DNA of 29,173 nucleotides from a virus (lineage: Duplodnaviria; Caudoviricetes), in the IMG/VR virus record IMGVR_UViG_3300010153_000068, positions 1 through 29,173 of that record; one strand, 5' to 3'. Both the position numbers and the translations under genes were made by a program. Of the stretch, positions 18,749 to 27,758 are shown piece by piece (positions within the stretch are counted from its first letter, which is position 1; the number at the start of each line of letters is the position of its first letter). The notes below the pieces were generated by a model, which was not told the origin of the DNA, searched no databases, and was given only the letters and a program-made list of their open reading frames with translations.

Positions 18749-19006
18749 TTACTCCTCTTCTTTCTCTTCTTTGGGAATGGACTCTCTAGGAACTTCAGTA
18801 GTCCCTTGCTTGCTTTCTGTAAGAATGTCACTTATTTTACTCTCCATAAATTTAGTATACTCTTCTGTCTCTCCCTTCATATCTAGATAGTTATAAAGAA
18901 AGTCACTAAGTATTGTTAATGATGATTGATTAGATAGAGCTATCTTACTTACAATACCTAATTGTTTTATTACTTCTCTGTTTGTTATTTTATTTTTTCT
19001 TTTCAT
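18749..19006 (-). CDS. hypothetical protein
   Basis: ATG of MKRKNKITNREV preceded by AAAGGA is preferred over the TTG at 19042. Confidence 0.6.
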   Translation of the reverse strand: MKRKNKITNREVIKQLGIVSKIALSNQSSLTILSDFLYNYLDMKGETEEYTKFMESKISDILTESKQGTTEVPRESIPKEEKEEE

Positions 19007-19048
19007 ATAATCCTTTATAGGAATAAGGGAGCTAGTCGCCAAACCATT

Positions 19049-19077
19049 AATTTAAATACAACACAAGTCTTGTTAAA
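19049..19077 (-). promoter_or_regulatory. weak candidate sigma70-like promoter
   Basis: TTTAAC-N17-TAAATT. Confidence 0.3.
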
Positions 19078-19169
19078 GTTAAAGACAAATTTCTTGTTCG
19101 CTTATTTTATTCTGCTTACAAGATTATTTATTGTTATGTTAATTATTGCTCCCTTACACTCCTAATTAT

Positions 19170-19298
19170 TTAAAGCTTATGTTCTATTCTATTAAGCCTT
19201 ATAGTTATAAACGCCCACAACGAAACTCCATATAGAGTCTGGATTAACGTATCAAACTCTTGAGTCTGAAGTATTTCTATTAAAGTATATTCAAACAT
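19170..19298 (-). CDS. 42-aa small protein (MFEYTLIEILQTQEFDTLIQTLYGVSLWAFITIRLNRIEHKL)
   Basis: Not in ORF track. AAGGAGAG SD; hydrophobic segment. Confidence 0.55.
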   Translation of the reverse strand: MFEYTLIEILQTQEFDTLIQTLYGVSLWAFITIRLNRIEHKL

Positions 19299-19321
19299 AA
19301 TCTCTCCTTATTTAAAGTTAA

Positions 19322-19345
19322 GAGGGTGTTTAATGGTACACCCTC
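19322..19345. terminator. GC-rich hairpin, possible terminator/attenuator
   Basis: GAGGGTGT-N8-ACACCCTC downstream of the 19359 stop; only a weak U tract. Confidence 0.4.
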
Positions 19346-19358
19346 AAAACCATTAGGT

Positions 19359-19565
19359 CTACTTAGTTGTCAGACTATAGGTAGCAAACCCTTTCTTATT
19401 CATGCTAGTTGTTATATCCATACTAAACGTAGTACGTAGTATATGTATAACGGCTGCTAATCTATAGACACCGAATCTACTGATAGCTGACTTAGCTGTT
19501 AGGTTCTTTCCTGTATTTAGGAAGTTCATTACTTTGACCACTTGGCTTTTTCTTTTTCTAGGCAT
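19359..19565 (-). CDS. small winged helix-turn-helix protein
   Basis: L..GK.LT...AI.RFGVYRLAAVIH.LR pattern typical of phage HTH proteins. Confidence 0.7.
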   Translation of the reverse strand: MPRKRKSQVVKVMNFLNTGKNLTAKSAISRFGVYRLAAVIHILRTTFSMDITTSMNKKGFATYSLTTK

Positions 19566-19807
19566 TTTGCCTCCTCTTTGTATTTATCTCTTAGCTTTTT
19601 TATTAATAGATAGTCTTCATTACTGTTAAGTTCATATACGCTTCTGTACTTTAGTACATCTCTCGAAGTTGAAGTCATATATTCTAATCCTTCCAACCAA
19701 CCAAACCTATCAGTAAACTTCTTCTCTATCTCATTCCACTTTACTACTGTCATTAGGTGCTCCACCATACTCATCATAGACTCTGCTAGGATATAGCTCT
19801 TCTTCAT
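19529..19807 (-). CDS. hypothetical protein
   Basis: 92-aa ORF in operon; start uncertain because of overlap. Confidence 0.5.
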   Translation of the reverse strand: MKKSYILAESMMSMVEHLMTVVKWNEIEKKFTDRFGWLEGLEYMTSTSRDVLKYRSVYELNSNEDYLLIKKLRDKYKEEAKCLEKEKAKWSK

Positions 19808-20000
19808 CTGCCGTCATACCATCTGCTATATTTATCTCAGCTAGTCTGTTGTATTCTTTTCTTAACTTGTCTACCATTGAATCAACCTCTTTCAAGCTAT
19901 CTCTTGTAGCCTTAACAGAAGTAGAACTTATCTTGATTATATCTCTATAAGCTTTCAAAGACCTAATGATTACTTCGTATTCGTTGTTCGTTATTTTCAT
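19731..20000 (-). CDS. hypothetical protein
   Basis: 89-aa ORF abutting the upstream stop. Confidence 0.6.
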   Translation of the reverse strand: MKITNNEYEVIIRSLKAYRDIIKISSTSVKATRDSLKEVDSMVDKLRKEYNRLAEINIADGMTADEEELYPSRVYDEYGGAPNDSSKVE

Positions 20001-20573
20001 TTAGAACGGCAAGTCTGATACGTCTATCTCACCATTAGACCATGAAAATACATTGTAAGCCTTCGGACTCTTCATCTCTTCTCCATCTCTATTAGTCCAG
20101 TCTTCATGCTTAACTTTTATTATTGCAGGTTTACCCTCTGAATTAGCAGGGGTCAGAGATGGTAGAGCAAATACCTTCTTACCATCAACTTCCTTCTCTT
20201 CAGGATGTACCCCTAGAGCCTCACAAACCTCCTTAAATTCCCTGTTTCCACCAGAGTTGGACTCTAGGTTAGGGCTATTAGGATTCTTAAATCTAAAGAA
20301 ACCTTTAGACCTAACTGTTTTACCTACAAATAAACTTCCACTATGCTCTCCGAAATCCTTGTCTGAATTTTCTGGAGCAAGTTTGAATACTATATTGTAA
20401 ATGTCAGACATATACTTATTACGTACAACAACATCTGACTTTACTGTAAACTCTTTAACGTGAGCGTAGTACTCTCCCTCTGGAATCATTACATTTGGTT
20501 TATCTAGTGATGGGTCATAGTAGGACTCTTCACCTATAGTATTACCTAGTACTGCATCTATTGAATTACTCAT
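20001..20573 (-). CDS. putative single-stranded DNA-binding protein (DUF669-like OB fold)
   Basis: IPEGEYYAHVKE N-terminal motif, GKPAIIKVKHE, acidic DLPF C-terminal tail; follows the annealing protein. Confidence 0.65.
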   Translation of the reverse strand: MSNSIDAVLGNTIGEESYYDPSLDKPNVMIPEGEYYAHVKEFTVKSDVVVRNKYMSDIYNIVFKLAPENSDKDFGEHSGSLFVGKTVRSKGFFRFKNPNSPNLESNSGGNREFKEVCEALGVHPEEKEVDGKKVFALPSLTPANSEGKPAIIKVKHEDWTNRDGEEMKSPKAYNVFSWSNGEIDVSDLPF

Positions 20574-21188
20574 TTACTTTTTTTCCTTTAACTGATTTAT
20601 TCTATTAACTACTTTATCCATATCTCCCTTCTCTACATCACCGTTTTCTATTGAGTTGGATATTTTTCTTTTCCACTCTTCGTCTAAGCCTTCCATCTCT
20701 TCCACCAAATACTCTATGTCTTCTTTACTTAACGAAGGGTCTTCCACTCTATTACGATACACATCGTCTGCTATGTTAAGGTACATATTAAATGCTTTCT
20801 TAATACAATCTGTATTAGCTGACTTAATATCGTTACCTACATCTACAAACCCACCACCACTTCTCTTCTGCATTATTCTATGAGCGGCTGTCATATCACC
20901 GAGTCTCCATATACCACCCTCGAACCACTTCAACCTGCCGTGTACCATAAACGCTTCACTACCTAGATTGTCTGTATTAACTATAGTCCAAGACCATCCG
21001 GGATAGTACTTATCTGCAACAGAACGCATATAAGAATACTCTACATAGTCAGTACCCATTTTGTTTTTGACAAAAGACTTAGGTGTATCTACATTAGATA
21101 CTACATTGTGCAAGTCTCTCATGACATCAAAACCAACGTCGGTTATTATCTCTGTAGAAGTATCTACTACTTCTATTTCACTACTCAT
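20574..21188 (-). CDS. Rad52/Sak-like single-strand annealing protein
   Basis: TP...VK...G.DYVE..Y, GWSW.I and KSANTDCIKKA....NIADDVY. Confidence 0.72.
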   Translation of the reverse strand: MSSEIEVVDTSTEIITDVGFDVMRDLHNVVSNVDTPKSFVKNKMGTDYVEYSYMRSVADKYYPGWSWTIVNTDNLGSEAFMVHGRLKWFEGGIWRLGDMTAAHRIMQKRSGGGFVDVGNDIKSANTDCIKKAFNMYLNIADDVYRNRVEDPSLSKEDIEYLVEEMEGLDEEWKRKISNSIENGDVEKGDMDKVVNRINQLKEKK

Positions 21189-21372
21189 TCACACTCCTTT
21201 CTTTTACTTTTATTATTTGTGCTGATAGATATACACAAGCATCTAGTAATTCTTCTAGTGCTTCATTCATCCAATCCCTACCATCATTTACATCTACCTC
21301 TTGCTTGTACTCTCTCTTTCCTTTCTCTAGCCTTTCTTCTATCAAGGAAATTATGTGATTGTTATCTCTCAT
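21181..21372 (-). CDS. small all-alpha NTP pyrophosphohydrolase-like protein
   Basis: RL..G.REY...DW..EALEELLDACVY pattern (EExxD acidic helix). Confidence 0.45.
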   Translation of the reverse strand: MRDNNHIISLIEERLEKGKREYKQEVDVNDGRDWMNEALEELLDACVYLSAQIIKVKERSVNE

Positions 21373-21534
21373 TTAAGCCTCTGCTTTATCTTTAGAGGAA
21401 AAGATACTATTCATTACTTCTTCATCTCCAGTTAACTTCTTAGCCTTATCAAAGTTCTCTATGAATGATGGTAGTTCTTCGTCTTGATTAGCTACCACGT
21501 TCATTAAGTGCATTAAAGCCATCTCTAATTCCAT
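21373..21534 (-). CDS. 53-aa hypothetical protein (MELEMALMHLMNVVANQDEELPSF...)
   Basis: Not in ORF track. Stop abuts the next ATG; the frame stays open about 60 nt further upstream. Confidence 0.55.
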   Translation of the reverse strand: MELEMALMHLMNVVANQDEELPSFIENFDKAKKLTGDEEVMNSIFSSKDKAEA

Positions 21535-21559
21535 TAACCTAGAGTCTATTTCCTCTACT

Positions 21560-21802
21560 CTATTTATTATCTTTGTCTTTTTTAAAATTCCATACCTCTA
21601 CTATTTTAGTTTTCCAATTACCTTCTCTATTTAAATTGTTGGAGAATAGTTCTGCATCTCCCTTCTCTTTAAATAATCTCTTTGGGTATTTGTTATTTGT
21701 TTTATTAGAGAAAGCACCACCTCTTATCATCCACCAATCAGAGCCATCTCTAACTTCTTTTATTGCCCACGCTCTATTATTATCTACACTATCTTTAAGC
21801 AT
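21560..21802 (-). CDS. hypothetical protein
   Basis: 80-aa ORF with AAGGAGG SD. Confidence 0.65.
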   Translation of the reverse strand: MLKDSVDNNRAWAIKEVRDGSDWWMIRGGAFSNKTNNKYPKRLFKEKGDAELFSNNLNREGNWKTKIVEVWNFKKDKDNK

Positions 21803-21811
21803 TATACCTCC

Positions 21812-22684
21812 TTAGTTTACGTATGGACAAACATTTCTTACTGAACAATAAGACTCGCACTTACTACCTTTCCAAGTCTCACTCTCTGTACATTTGTTAG
21901 GCAATTCTTTAGTACTTAATGCCTTCAATAGTTCATCTTTTTTGCTGTTAAACTTATACTCTAGGTGTTCATTATCTATAAAGGGAACTTTTATCATATA
22001 TATTTTTCTATCAATACCTCTGCTAGTTGCTACCTGTAGTCCACCATCTCTAGCAGTAGCTTGTATATACATACTCTTTACTTCGTACCCTTTATCTTTC
22101 TCTAGTAAGTACCTGTAGTAGTTTACCTGCCATCCCCAATCTTCTAAGTCTGCTTTGGTTTCGTCTAGGTAAAACTCTTTTACTCTTCTAGGTGTACCTT
22201 TCTTACCATGCCTACCACTTGTCTTATAGACTTCGGTAGGGTGAAAGGAATGTCTTACCTGTACTCCTAAAGCCTTAGCTATCTTATATGAACCAGACAT
22301 CTTATAATCTACTAACATCTTTCTATCTACATCATATAAGTCTGCAGTTCCTGTTATACCTTTGTACTCTAGGTCTATCTCTGTTAACTGATTGACATTA
22401 CCTAATGCTGAATCCTCTAGTAAGCTATGATGTCTAGTACCAGCTATAGCAAACGCTTGTGAGTCTGGTGATTCAAAGTAGTCTGCAGTTCTTTGTAGAT
22501 AAGATTGGCAAGTACCATTTAGTAACTCTGTTGTAGAAGGCTTTCTATCTACAGGTCTTGTCTTAGACATTTCAAGTAGGGTGGGCAACGTAGCACCCAT
22601 CCTACCTAAGTCTACTTTATTACTTGCTATATCCTCTAGTGATACTACATCACCATCGGGGTATCTTAATCCTACTAACGGCAT
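21812..22684 (-). CDS. Cas4-like / PD-(D/E)xK exonuclease
   Basis: GT.HH..LE, ITGTADLY, VDYK and Q...Y motifs; C-terminal CESYCSVRNVC plus upstream Cys (possible Fe-S ligands); near the Sak-like and SSB genes. Confidence 0.75.
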   Translation of the reverse strand: MPLVGLRYPDGDVVSLEDIASNKVDLGRMGATLPTLLEMSKTRPVDRKPSTTELLNGTCQSYLQRTADYFESPDSQAFAIAGTRHHSLLEDSALGNVNQLTEIDLEYKGITGTADLYDVDRKMLVDYKMSGSYKIAKALGVQVRHSFHPTEVYKTSGRHGKKGTPRRVKEFYLDETKADLEDWGWQVNYYRYLLEKDKGYEVKSMYIQATARDGGLQVATSRGIDRKIYMIKVPFIDNEHLEYKFNSKKDELLKALSTKELPNKCTESETWKGSKCESYCSVRNVCPYVN

Positions 22685-22827
22685 CTCTTCTTCCTCTTAT
22701 TCTCTTTTTTCTGTATAGAATTTACACAGCATTTATTACTTGCACAAGTACTATCTTTATTTTTACGTAGATAATTTTTAATAAATTCTATATCATTATC
22801 TAGAAGTAACGATTTTACCTTTCCCAT
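22675..22827 (-). CDS. possible 50-aa basic Cys-containing protein
   Basis: Not in ORF track. GAGGAGG SD before the ATG; overlaps a promoter candidate. Confidence 0.4.
   Translation of the reverse strand: MGKVKSLLLDNDIEFIKNYLRKNKDSTCASNKCCVNSIQKKENKRKKRCR
22719..22747 (-). promoter_or_regulatory. sigma70-like promoter for the recombination/replication operon
   Basis: TTGTGC-N17-TAAATT, 35 nt upstream of the exonuclease start. Confidence 0.5.
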
Positions 22828-23063
22828 TCTACCTCCTCTGATTTTAACCCAGACATTTCATAAGCTGAGTCTACATAAACTACCTCTTCTTCTAATTTCT
22901 CTACATTAGATGCAGTAGAGTATACTGAGATACCATAATCTTTTAACTCATTAGTTATAGTATCTTCTATAAAGTTTTCTATAGTTGTACCTTCCTGTAG
23001 AATCCTATGGTCTCTCTCTGTATTGCTATCTACTATTAACTCTATTGTTATTGTCTTATTCAT
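22815..23063 (-). CDS. hypothetical acidic protein
   Basis: 82 aa, AAGGAG SD. Confidence 0.65.
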   Translation of the reverse strand: MNKTITIELIVDSNTERDHRILQEGTTIENFIEDTITNELKDYGISVYSTASNVEKLEEEVVYVDSAYEMSGLKSEEVEWER

Positions 23064-23064
23064 T

Positions 23065-23244
23065 TTAATCGTTCTCCTTATTTTCTTTTTCTATTTTTTC
23101 TATGATTAAACGTACATTTTTAAAATGTTGATACGTTATATGATTCGTTATATGTCTATACCCTCCTCCATAAGATTGTTGCTGGCTATATAATCCTTTC
23201 AATATATAAACTAATTCTTCTTTATCAAAAGTTATATTTTCCAT
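23065..23244 (-). CDS. 59-aa hypothetical protein (MENITFDKEELVYILKGLYSQQ...)
   Basis: Not in ORF track. AAGGAGAG SD; fills the gap exactly. Confidence 0.65.
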   Translation of the reverse strand: MENITFDKEELVYILKGLYSQQQSYGGGYRHITNHITYQHFKNVRLIIEKIEKENKEND

Positions 23245-23262
23245 ATTACTCTCCTTGTTTTA

Positions 23263-24399
23263 TTAACTTGCAAACTTCATTACTCTCTTTGAATGATAGG
23301 TGATTAACTCTTCTCCTATAGTATTTACAAAGCTAGTTAAGTCTCCATACGTTAAGAACTCATCTACTAAAGATGAATCTTTTTCTATCTCTATACCTTT
23401 CTCTATAATTGCATTTAGTATACGAATCCAATTAACTATCTTAGTCTTATTTAGAGTACCAGAGTGTAGCCTGAACTCTAGACTACCATGAAAGTATCTA
23501 GAGTGTAAGTTAAGACCACAATACCTAGCATCATTATACTTCTCTGTACTAGGTATACAATCCATAGACTCATAGTACTCTTCTATTAACTCTTCTTCTG
23601 TGTCTATATTTCTTAGAGTATCAACATTCATACTGAAATCTTTACACCATCTAGAGCCTTGCCTCGAGGGAGGCATCATATCTTTTAGTAAATGCTGATA
23701 CTTAGAGTAGACAATACCTATATGAGCAACCTGTCTAGCATTGAGATTCGTAGAGTCAAAGTGTACGTGTAGTCCACAACTAGAGTTTACTACTGCATCG
23801 TAACTTCTTGCCCAATCTACTAGGTCAAACACTTGGCTATATAACAGGTCTCCACTTGAAGGAGTACTTACCAACTCTATACCCTCGTAGTCTCCCCCTG
23901 TACTTATAGAACCATCATACGTAGTCGCCCAATTAGAGGGAGTATGTATACTATCAGTATAAGGGTACATACACTCAGCCTCTAAGCCTACAAGTCTCCT
24001 AACATTTAACTTGTCAAATGTCTCTGCGTCTCTAGACATACTAGGAGGTGTTGCATTCTCTATGTTTTCTACTAGGCAATCAGAAGTATCTGGTACACAA
24101 CATTCACAATAGGGCTCTTGATTATGCCAGTAGGTTGTATCCCTCTCTACTTCTTCCTCACAGTTGTAACAACTATTATATACCTCAAAGTAGCAATCTC
24201 CACAATAATGGTCAGAACTAGTATGAGAGTAATAAGATTCGTCTGTGTATACTTCGTCTCCACAATGACAACATGAAACATATATCTCATGGTAGCACTC
24301 TTCACATAGAGAGTGAGCGTGGTACTCTTCTAATTTTACCTCGCAGTTCTCACACTCTACAAGAACTTCTTCTTCTACTTCTTCACTAGATTTACTCAT
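23263..24399 (-). CDS. putative amidoligase (COOH-NH2 ligase, Amidoligase_2-like) with N-terminal Zn ribbons
   Basis: GLEAE, DGSI, ELVS.P, SCGLHVH, RY.GLN and LEFRLHSGT motifs; six CxxC pairs at the N-terminus. Confidence 0.85.
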   Translation of the reverse strand: MSKSSEEVEEEVLVECENCEVKLEEYHAHSLCEECYHEIYVSCCHCGDEVYTDESYYSHTSSDHYCGDCYFEVYNSCYNCEEEVERDTTYWHNQEPYCECCVPDTSDCLVENIENATPPSMSRDAETFDKLNVRRLVGLEAECMYPYTDSIHTPSNWATTYDGSISTGGDYEGIELVSTPSSGDLLYSQVFDLVDWARSYDAVVNSSCGLHVHFDSTNLNARQVAHIGIVYSKYQHLLKDMMPPSRQGSRWCKDFSMNVDTLRNIDTEEELIEEYYESMDCIPSTEKYNDARYCGLNLHSRYFHGSLEFRLHSGTLNKTKIVNWIRILNAIIEKGIEIEKDSSLVDEFLTYGDLTSFVNTIGEELITYHSKRVMKFAS

Positions 24400-24400
24400 A

Positions 24401-24712
24401 CTAGACTCCTATGTTAGTAGTAATTATTCCTAGTACAAAAGTGTTAATAACTTTAATCCAATCCATTTTCTTTAGAGCATCGAATATACGAGTCTCTATC
24501 TCTTCGTCACTCTCTTCTATTTCTATAGAACCTAGAGTAGAAATCTGAGTCTGTAAAAACTCTAGGTACTCTTCATAAGAGTGTTCTTTTAGGAAAGGAT
24601 TCTTCTTCGCTCTATTATATAAAGTCTCTATAATATACTTCTTAGACTTTAGTTTAATAGGGTCGGGTAATCCTATAAGTATTACCTTCTTCTTAGAAAG
24701 GGAACTCTTCAT
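24401..24712 (-). CDS. hypothetical protein within the amidoligase cassette
   Basis: 103-aa ORF overlapping the GATase stop. Confidence 0.6.
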   Translation of the reverse strand: MKSSLSKKKVILIGLPDPIKLKSKKYIIETLYNRAKKNPFLKEHSYEEYLEFLQTQISTLGSIEIEESDEEIETRIFDALKKMDWIKVINTFVLGIITTNIGV

Positions 24713-25709
24713 TACCTATCTCCTTATCTTTAGAGGGTAGTGTACTTATGTCTACTTGGTACTCACAATCTATACACATGTTCTCTCTGTTAACAATCTC
24801 TATCTCATCGCTATCTACCCACTCATAGCATATACCACACATTAACTCATTACTTTGTTTGAGTAGATTCTTACTTGCTGGACTAGGATTCATGTCGCAG
24901 GTCTCAAAGTCTGTAGAGTCTTGCCACCCGTAAGCACCATACGTACCATAATACTTTGTAGTATCATACCTGTTCCATTGACTCATAGTATAGAACTCTT
25001 GTTGCTCTACACTAGGCTTGTTAGAGAACTTGTCTGTATCGTAGGTGAAGATGTAATCCTCTTGTACTTTACTAACAGGTAATCTAAGACCAGCCTTCAA
25101 CATAGATGTCTCTAGTATTTCTTTAGTAGATGCCCATAGTAGAACCCTAGCTTTCTTCCAATAGGCTACGTGCATAGGTCTACCAGACTCTCTAGCTAGA
25201 TGTATCTTTCTATTACTCTCTTTAATCCAAGTGATAGCGAAGTCCCCGTCTATATCCTCGAAAGCGTTCTTCATTTCGTTTCTATTAAGAGATGCGAAGA
25301 TGACTTGAGAGTCTACCTCTACCTCTTTACCTAGAGACTTTGCTACCTTGTTATAGTTATGTATTATACCATTGTGTGCCCCAACAACATCACCTACGTG
25401 AAACGGGTGGGCGTTACGAGTCTTTACTATTCCATGAGTAGCTAGTCTTACGTGACCTATAGCTATAGTGGTATCTACATTGATACTATCTAGTAACTCT
25501 GTCCAATCTCCTGTACCTACTAACGTAGATGAGTCTAGTAGAGTCTTGTAAGTTCTCCTACTATTAGGTTGTATGATAGATACTCCTGTACTATCAGTAC
25601 CTCTAATAGAGGATTCATCTGCTAGTTCTGTTAGTACATCTTTTAACATCTCTAGCTGGTTTTCTGTCTGGTGTCCACTTGTCTTAGCGAACCCGAATAT
25701 ACCACACAT
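24693..25709 (-). CDS. class II (Ntn) glutamine amidotransferase with C-terminal Zn ribbon
   Basis: MCGIFG catalytic N-terminus, RG.DSTG, GHVRLATHG, NAHPF, HNG and VDSQ; C-terminal CGIC...CIDC. Confidence 0.92.
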   Translation of the reverse strand: MCGIFGFAKTSGHQTENQLEMLKDVLTELADESSIRGTDSTGVSIIQPNSRRTYKTLLDSSTLVGTGDWTELLDSINVDTTIAIGHVRLATHGIVKTRNAHPFHVGDVVGAHNGIIHNYNKVAKSLGKEVEVDSQVIFASLNRNEMKNAFEDIDGDFAITWIKESNRKIHLARESGRPMHVAYWKKARVLLWASTKEILETSMLKAGLRLPVSKVQEDYIFTYDTDKFSNKPSVEQQEFYTMSQWNRYDTTKYYGTYGAYGWQDSTDFETCDMNPSPASKNLLKQSNELMCGICYEWVDSDEIEIVNRENMCIDCEYQVDISTLPSKDKEIGNEEFPF

Positions 25710-25720
25710 ATAGTGTCTCC

Positions 25721-27628
25721 TTATTTGTTGTCGTTTATTCTCTCTTCTATGTATTCTGTACTCTCTGCACCACCAATACTATGGATAATATCCATCTCAT
25801 TACTGGAACTAGACAATACCTTCTGATACAATTTTGTATTTCTATGTAAATCTTTAGAGGTGTCCATTATTCTATTAAGAAATCTTATCCACCTCTTTAT
25901 ATTCTTAGAGTATATCTCTCCCTCGTGGTATCTGAACTCTATAGTACCTAGGAAGAACCTAGCGTGTAGGTTAGTACCTATGTACCTAGCATCGTTGTAC
26001 CTACTACTATTGAACGAGTCATCTGCCATACTATAGTAACTTCTTACTAGAGAAGGCAAGTCTTTTAGTTGTGCTATATCTACAGGACTAAGCTCTATAG
26101 GTCTAGCATAACTATTAGTAACTCTACTCTGTGGTAGAGAATTGTAGATAGTCTTTTGTATAGAGCTGGTCAACATCAAGAGACTTTTTAGTTCTCTGAA
26201 TCCAAAGTCCATAGCATTGATATGTATATGTACTCCACAATCTGTAGAGACTTGATTGTCTTCATCTCTATGTACCTGCTCTAGTCCATCTAGAGACTCG
26301 TCTACTAAGCTACCTATTAGTGGTCTATCTGTTCTGAACTCTACACCACCACTACCTAGAGAACCATCTGGTACTACCTCAAAATTATCTGGACACCAAG
26401 CATTCTCTTGGTAATCTTCTACATCTTCGTAGTGTGTAATAACCTCACTCTCTATACCTATATGTCTAGTATAGTTTTTGTGCTTAGAAAGCATCTTAGG
26501 TAGAGTGCGTCCTCTGTAGGGAGAGAACAACCTAGAGTTTAGACTTAGCTCTGCACAATTAGTACAGAGATTGTCTCCATCAATAGAGTGATATGTTTCT
26601 CCATAGCCATTTCTATGGAATGATGCAAGGTATTGCTTTCTATCTACTAAGGTCTCCATACTATGTAGCTTGTCTATATCTATAGTCTCTAGAATAGAAC
26701 ACCTATCACATTCTTTGTGTACTTTGTGTGCACATCTACGATGAGATGTCTCTATACCAAGTGATTGTAGAATACTTCTGAGTCTACTATCGTAATCTTT
26801 AGAGTAATTTATATTAGGGATTGTATCTGTACTTAGACATATTCCACAGGGTATTTCTACTCCCCCGTAACAATCTAAGCAGACCTCACCTATAGCAGAA
26901 ATATTTTTGAACTCTGAAACTACCTTACTACAATAGGTGCAATGTACATATTTTTCTGCCTCCAGAGGTTCGTGTCTCTTTACAAAGTTAAGAAATCTAT
27001 TTGTCTTAGAGTCAAGATAGAATCTATTAGGATTAGATACTCTACTATCTAGTCTGTCTACAAATAATTTATCTTTCCATATCTTGTAGGTTGTATGGTA
27101 TGCATCTACATCAGAAACCCTAGAGATATAATCAGTAGACAGATATTCAAACATATCTGTTTGGTCTCTCTTGAGTAAACCACTTCTACGCCATGGAGTA
27201 GCGTACCACCATCTCTCAAAAGATGTGTTATCTTTGTCTCTAAAGATACTAGGTAGACGACTTCTTATGTTTCTATCATGAGCAATCTCTATAGAAGGTG
27301 GTGCTGTACAAAACAAAACATCTCTAGCCCTAGCTATTATAACATTATCTCCGTAGATAGATTCAAGTATTAGATTAGGTCTCTTCTCTATAGAACTCAT
27401 AGACTCTGCTGAATTCTCATAATCTACTACATCTATAATTTTAAAGAGTCTGTATTTTAGAAGAGAGTAACCTAGTCGTAGAAACCAAGTGTTCTCTATC
27501 TGTTTTGTTAGAGGTCTTGAACCTCTAATCATATCATCTATAGAAGTATTAGAGAATCTAGCGTCTTCGTTCTTTAGTTCTCTAGCACTACATATATTAG
27601 ATATGTAGACTTCATTTGAGTAGAACAT
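25721..27628 (-). CDS. second putative amidoligase with large N-terminal extension and central Zn-ribbon region
   Basis: IGIESE, DGSL, VEFRT, CGVHIH, RY.G.N and TIEFR motifs; several CxxC pairs in the central region. Confidence 0.82.
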   Translation of the reverse strand: MFYSNEVYISNICSARELKNEDARFSNTSIDDMIRGSRPLTKQIENTWFLRLGYSLLKYRLFKIIDVVDYENSAESMSSIEKRPNLILESIYGDNVIIARARDVLFCTAPPSIEIAHDRNIRSRLPSIFRDKDNTSFERWWYATPWRRSGLLKRDQTDMFEYLSTDYISRVSDVDAYHTTYKIWKDKLFVDRLDSRVSNPNRFYLDSKTNRFLNFVKRHEPLEAEKYVHCTYCSKVVSEFKNISAIGEVCLDCYGGVEIPCGICLSTDTIPNINYSKDYDSRLRSILQSLGIETSHRRCAHKVHKECDRCSILETIDIDKLHSMETLVDRKQYLASFHRNGYGETYHSIDGDNLCTNCAELSLNSRLFSPYRGRTLPKMLSKHKNYTRHIGIESEVITHYEDVEDYQENAWCPDNFEVVPDGSLGSGGVEFRTDRPLIGSLVDESLDGLEQVHRDEDNQVSTDCGVHIHINAMDFGFRELKSLLMLTSSIQKTIYNSLPQSRVTNSYARPIELSPVDIAQLKDLPSLVRSYYSMADDSFNSSRYNDARYIGTNLHARFFLGTIEFRYHEGEIYSKNIKRWIRFLNRIMDTSKDLHRNTKLYQKVLSSSSNEMDIIHSIGGAESTEYIEERINDNK

Positions 27629-27758
27629 CTTTCACCTCTCTAATTATATGTAGAATATAATCTTTGTAGAGTACAACAAATCCACTAGACAATATAGTCA
27701 GTAGACTGATATGATGCTCTCCACAAGAGCCTAGTAGATGATGTATTATCTCTCTCAT
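27612..27758 (-). CDS. 48-aa small membrane protein (MREIIHHLLGSCGEHHISLLTILSSGFVVLYKDYILHIIREVKDVLLK)
   Basis: Not in ORF track. GAGG SD; His/Cys motif followed by a hydrophobic segment. Confidence 0.6.
   Translation of the reverse strand: MREIIHHLLGSCGEHHISLLTILSSGFVVLYKDYILHIIREVKDVLLK

Noticed and set aside
21812-22684. CRISPR-Cas system suggested by the Cas4-like nuclease
   Set aside because: No repeat-spacer array or other cas genes seen; the context with Sak/SSB indicates a phage recombination exonuclease
18962-23491. + strand ORFs in the - arm (18962-19165, 20656-20883, 21108-21395, 21573-21815, 21894-22118, 23300-23491)
   Set aside because: Antisense shadows of - strand genes or intergenic AT-rich sequence; no coding support
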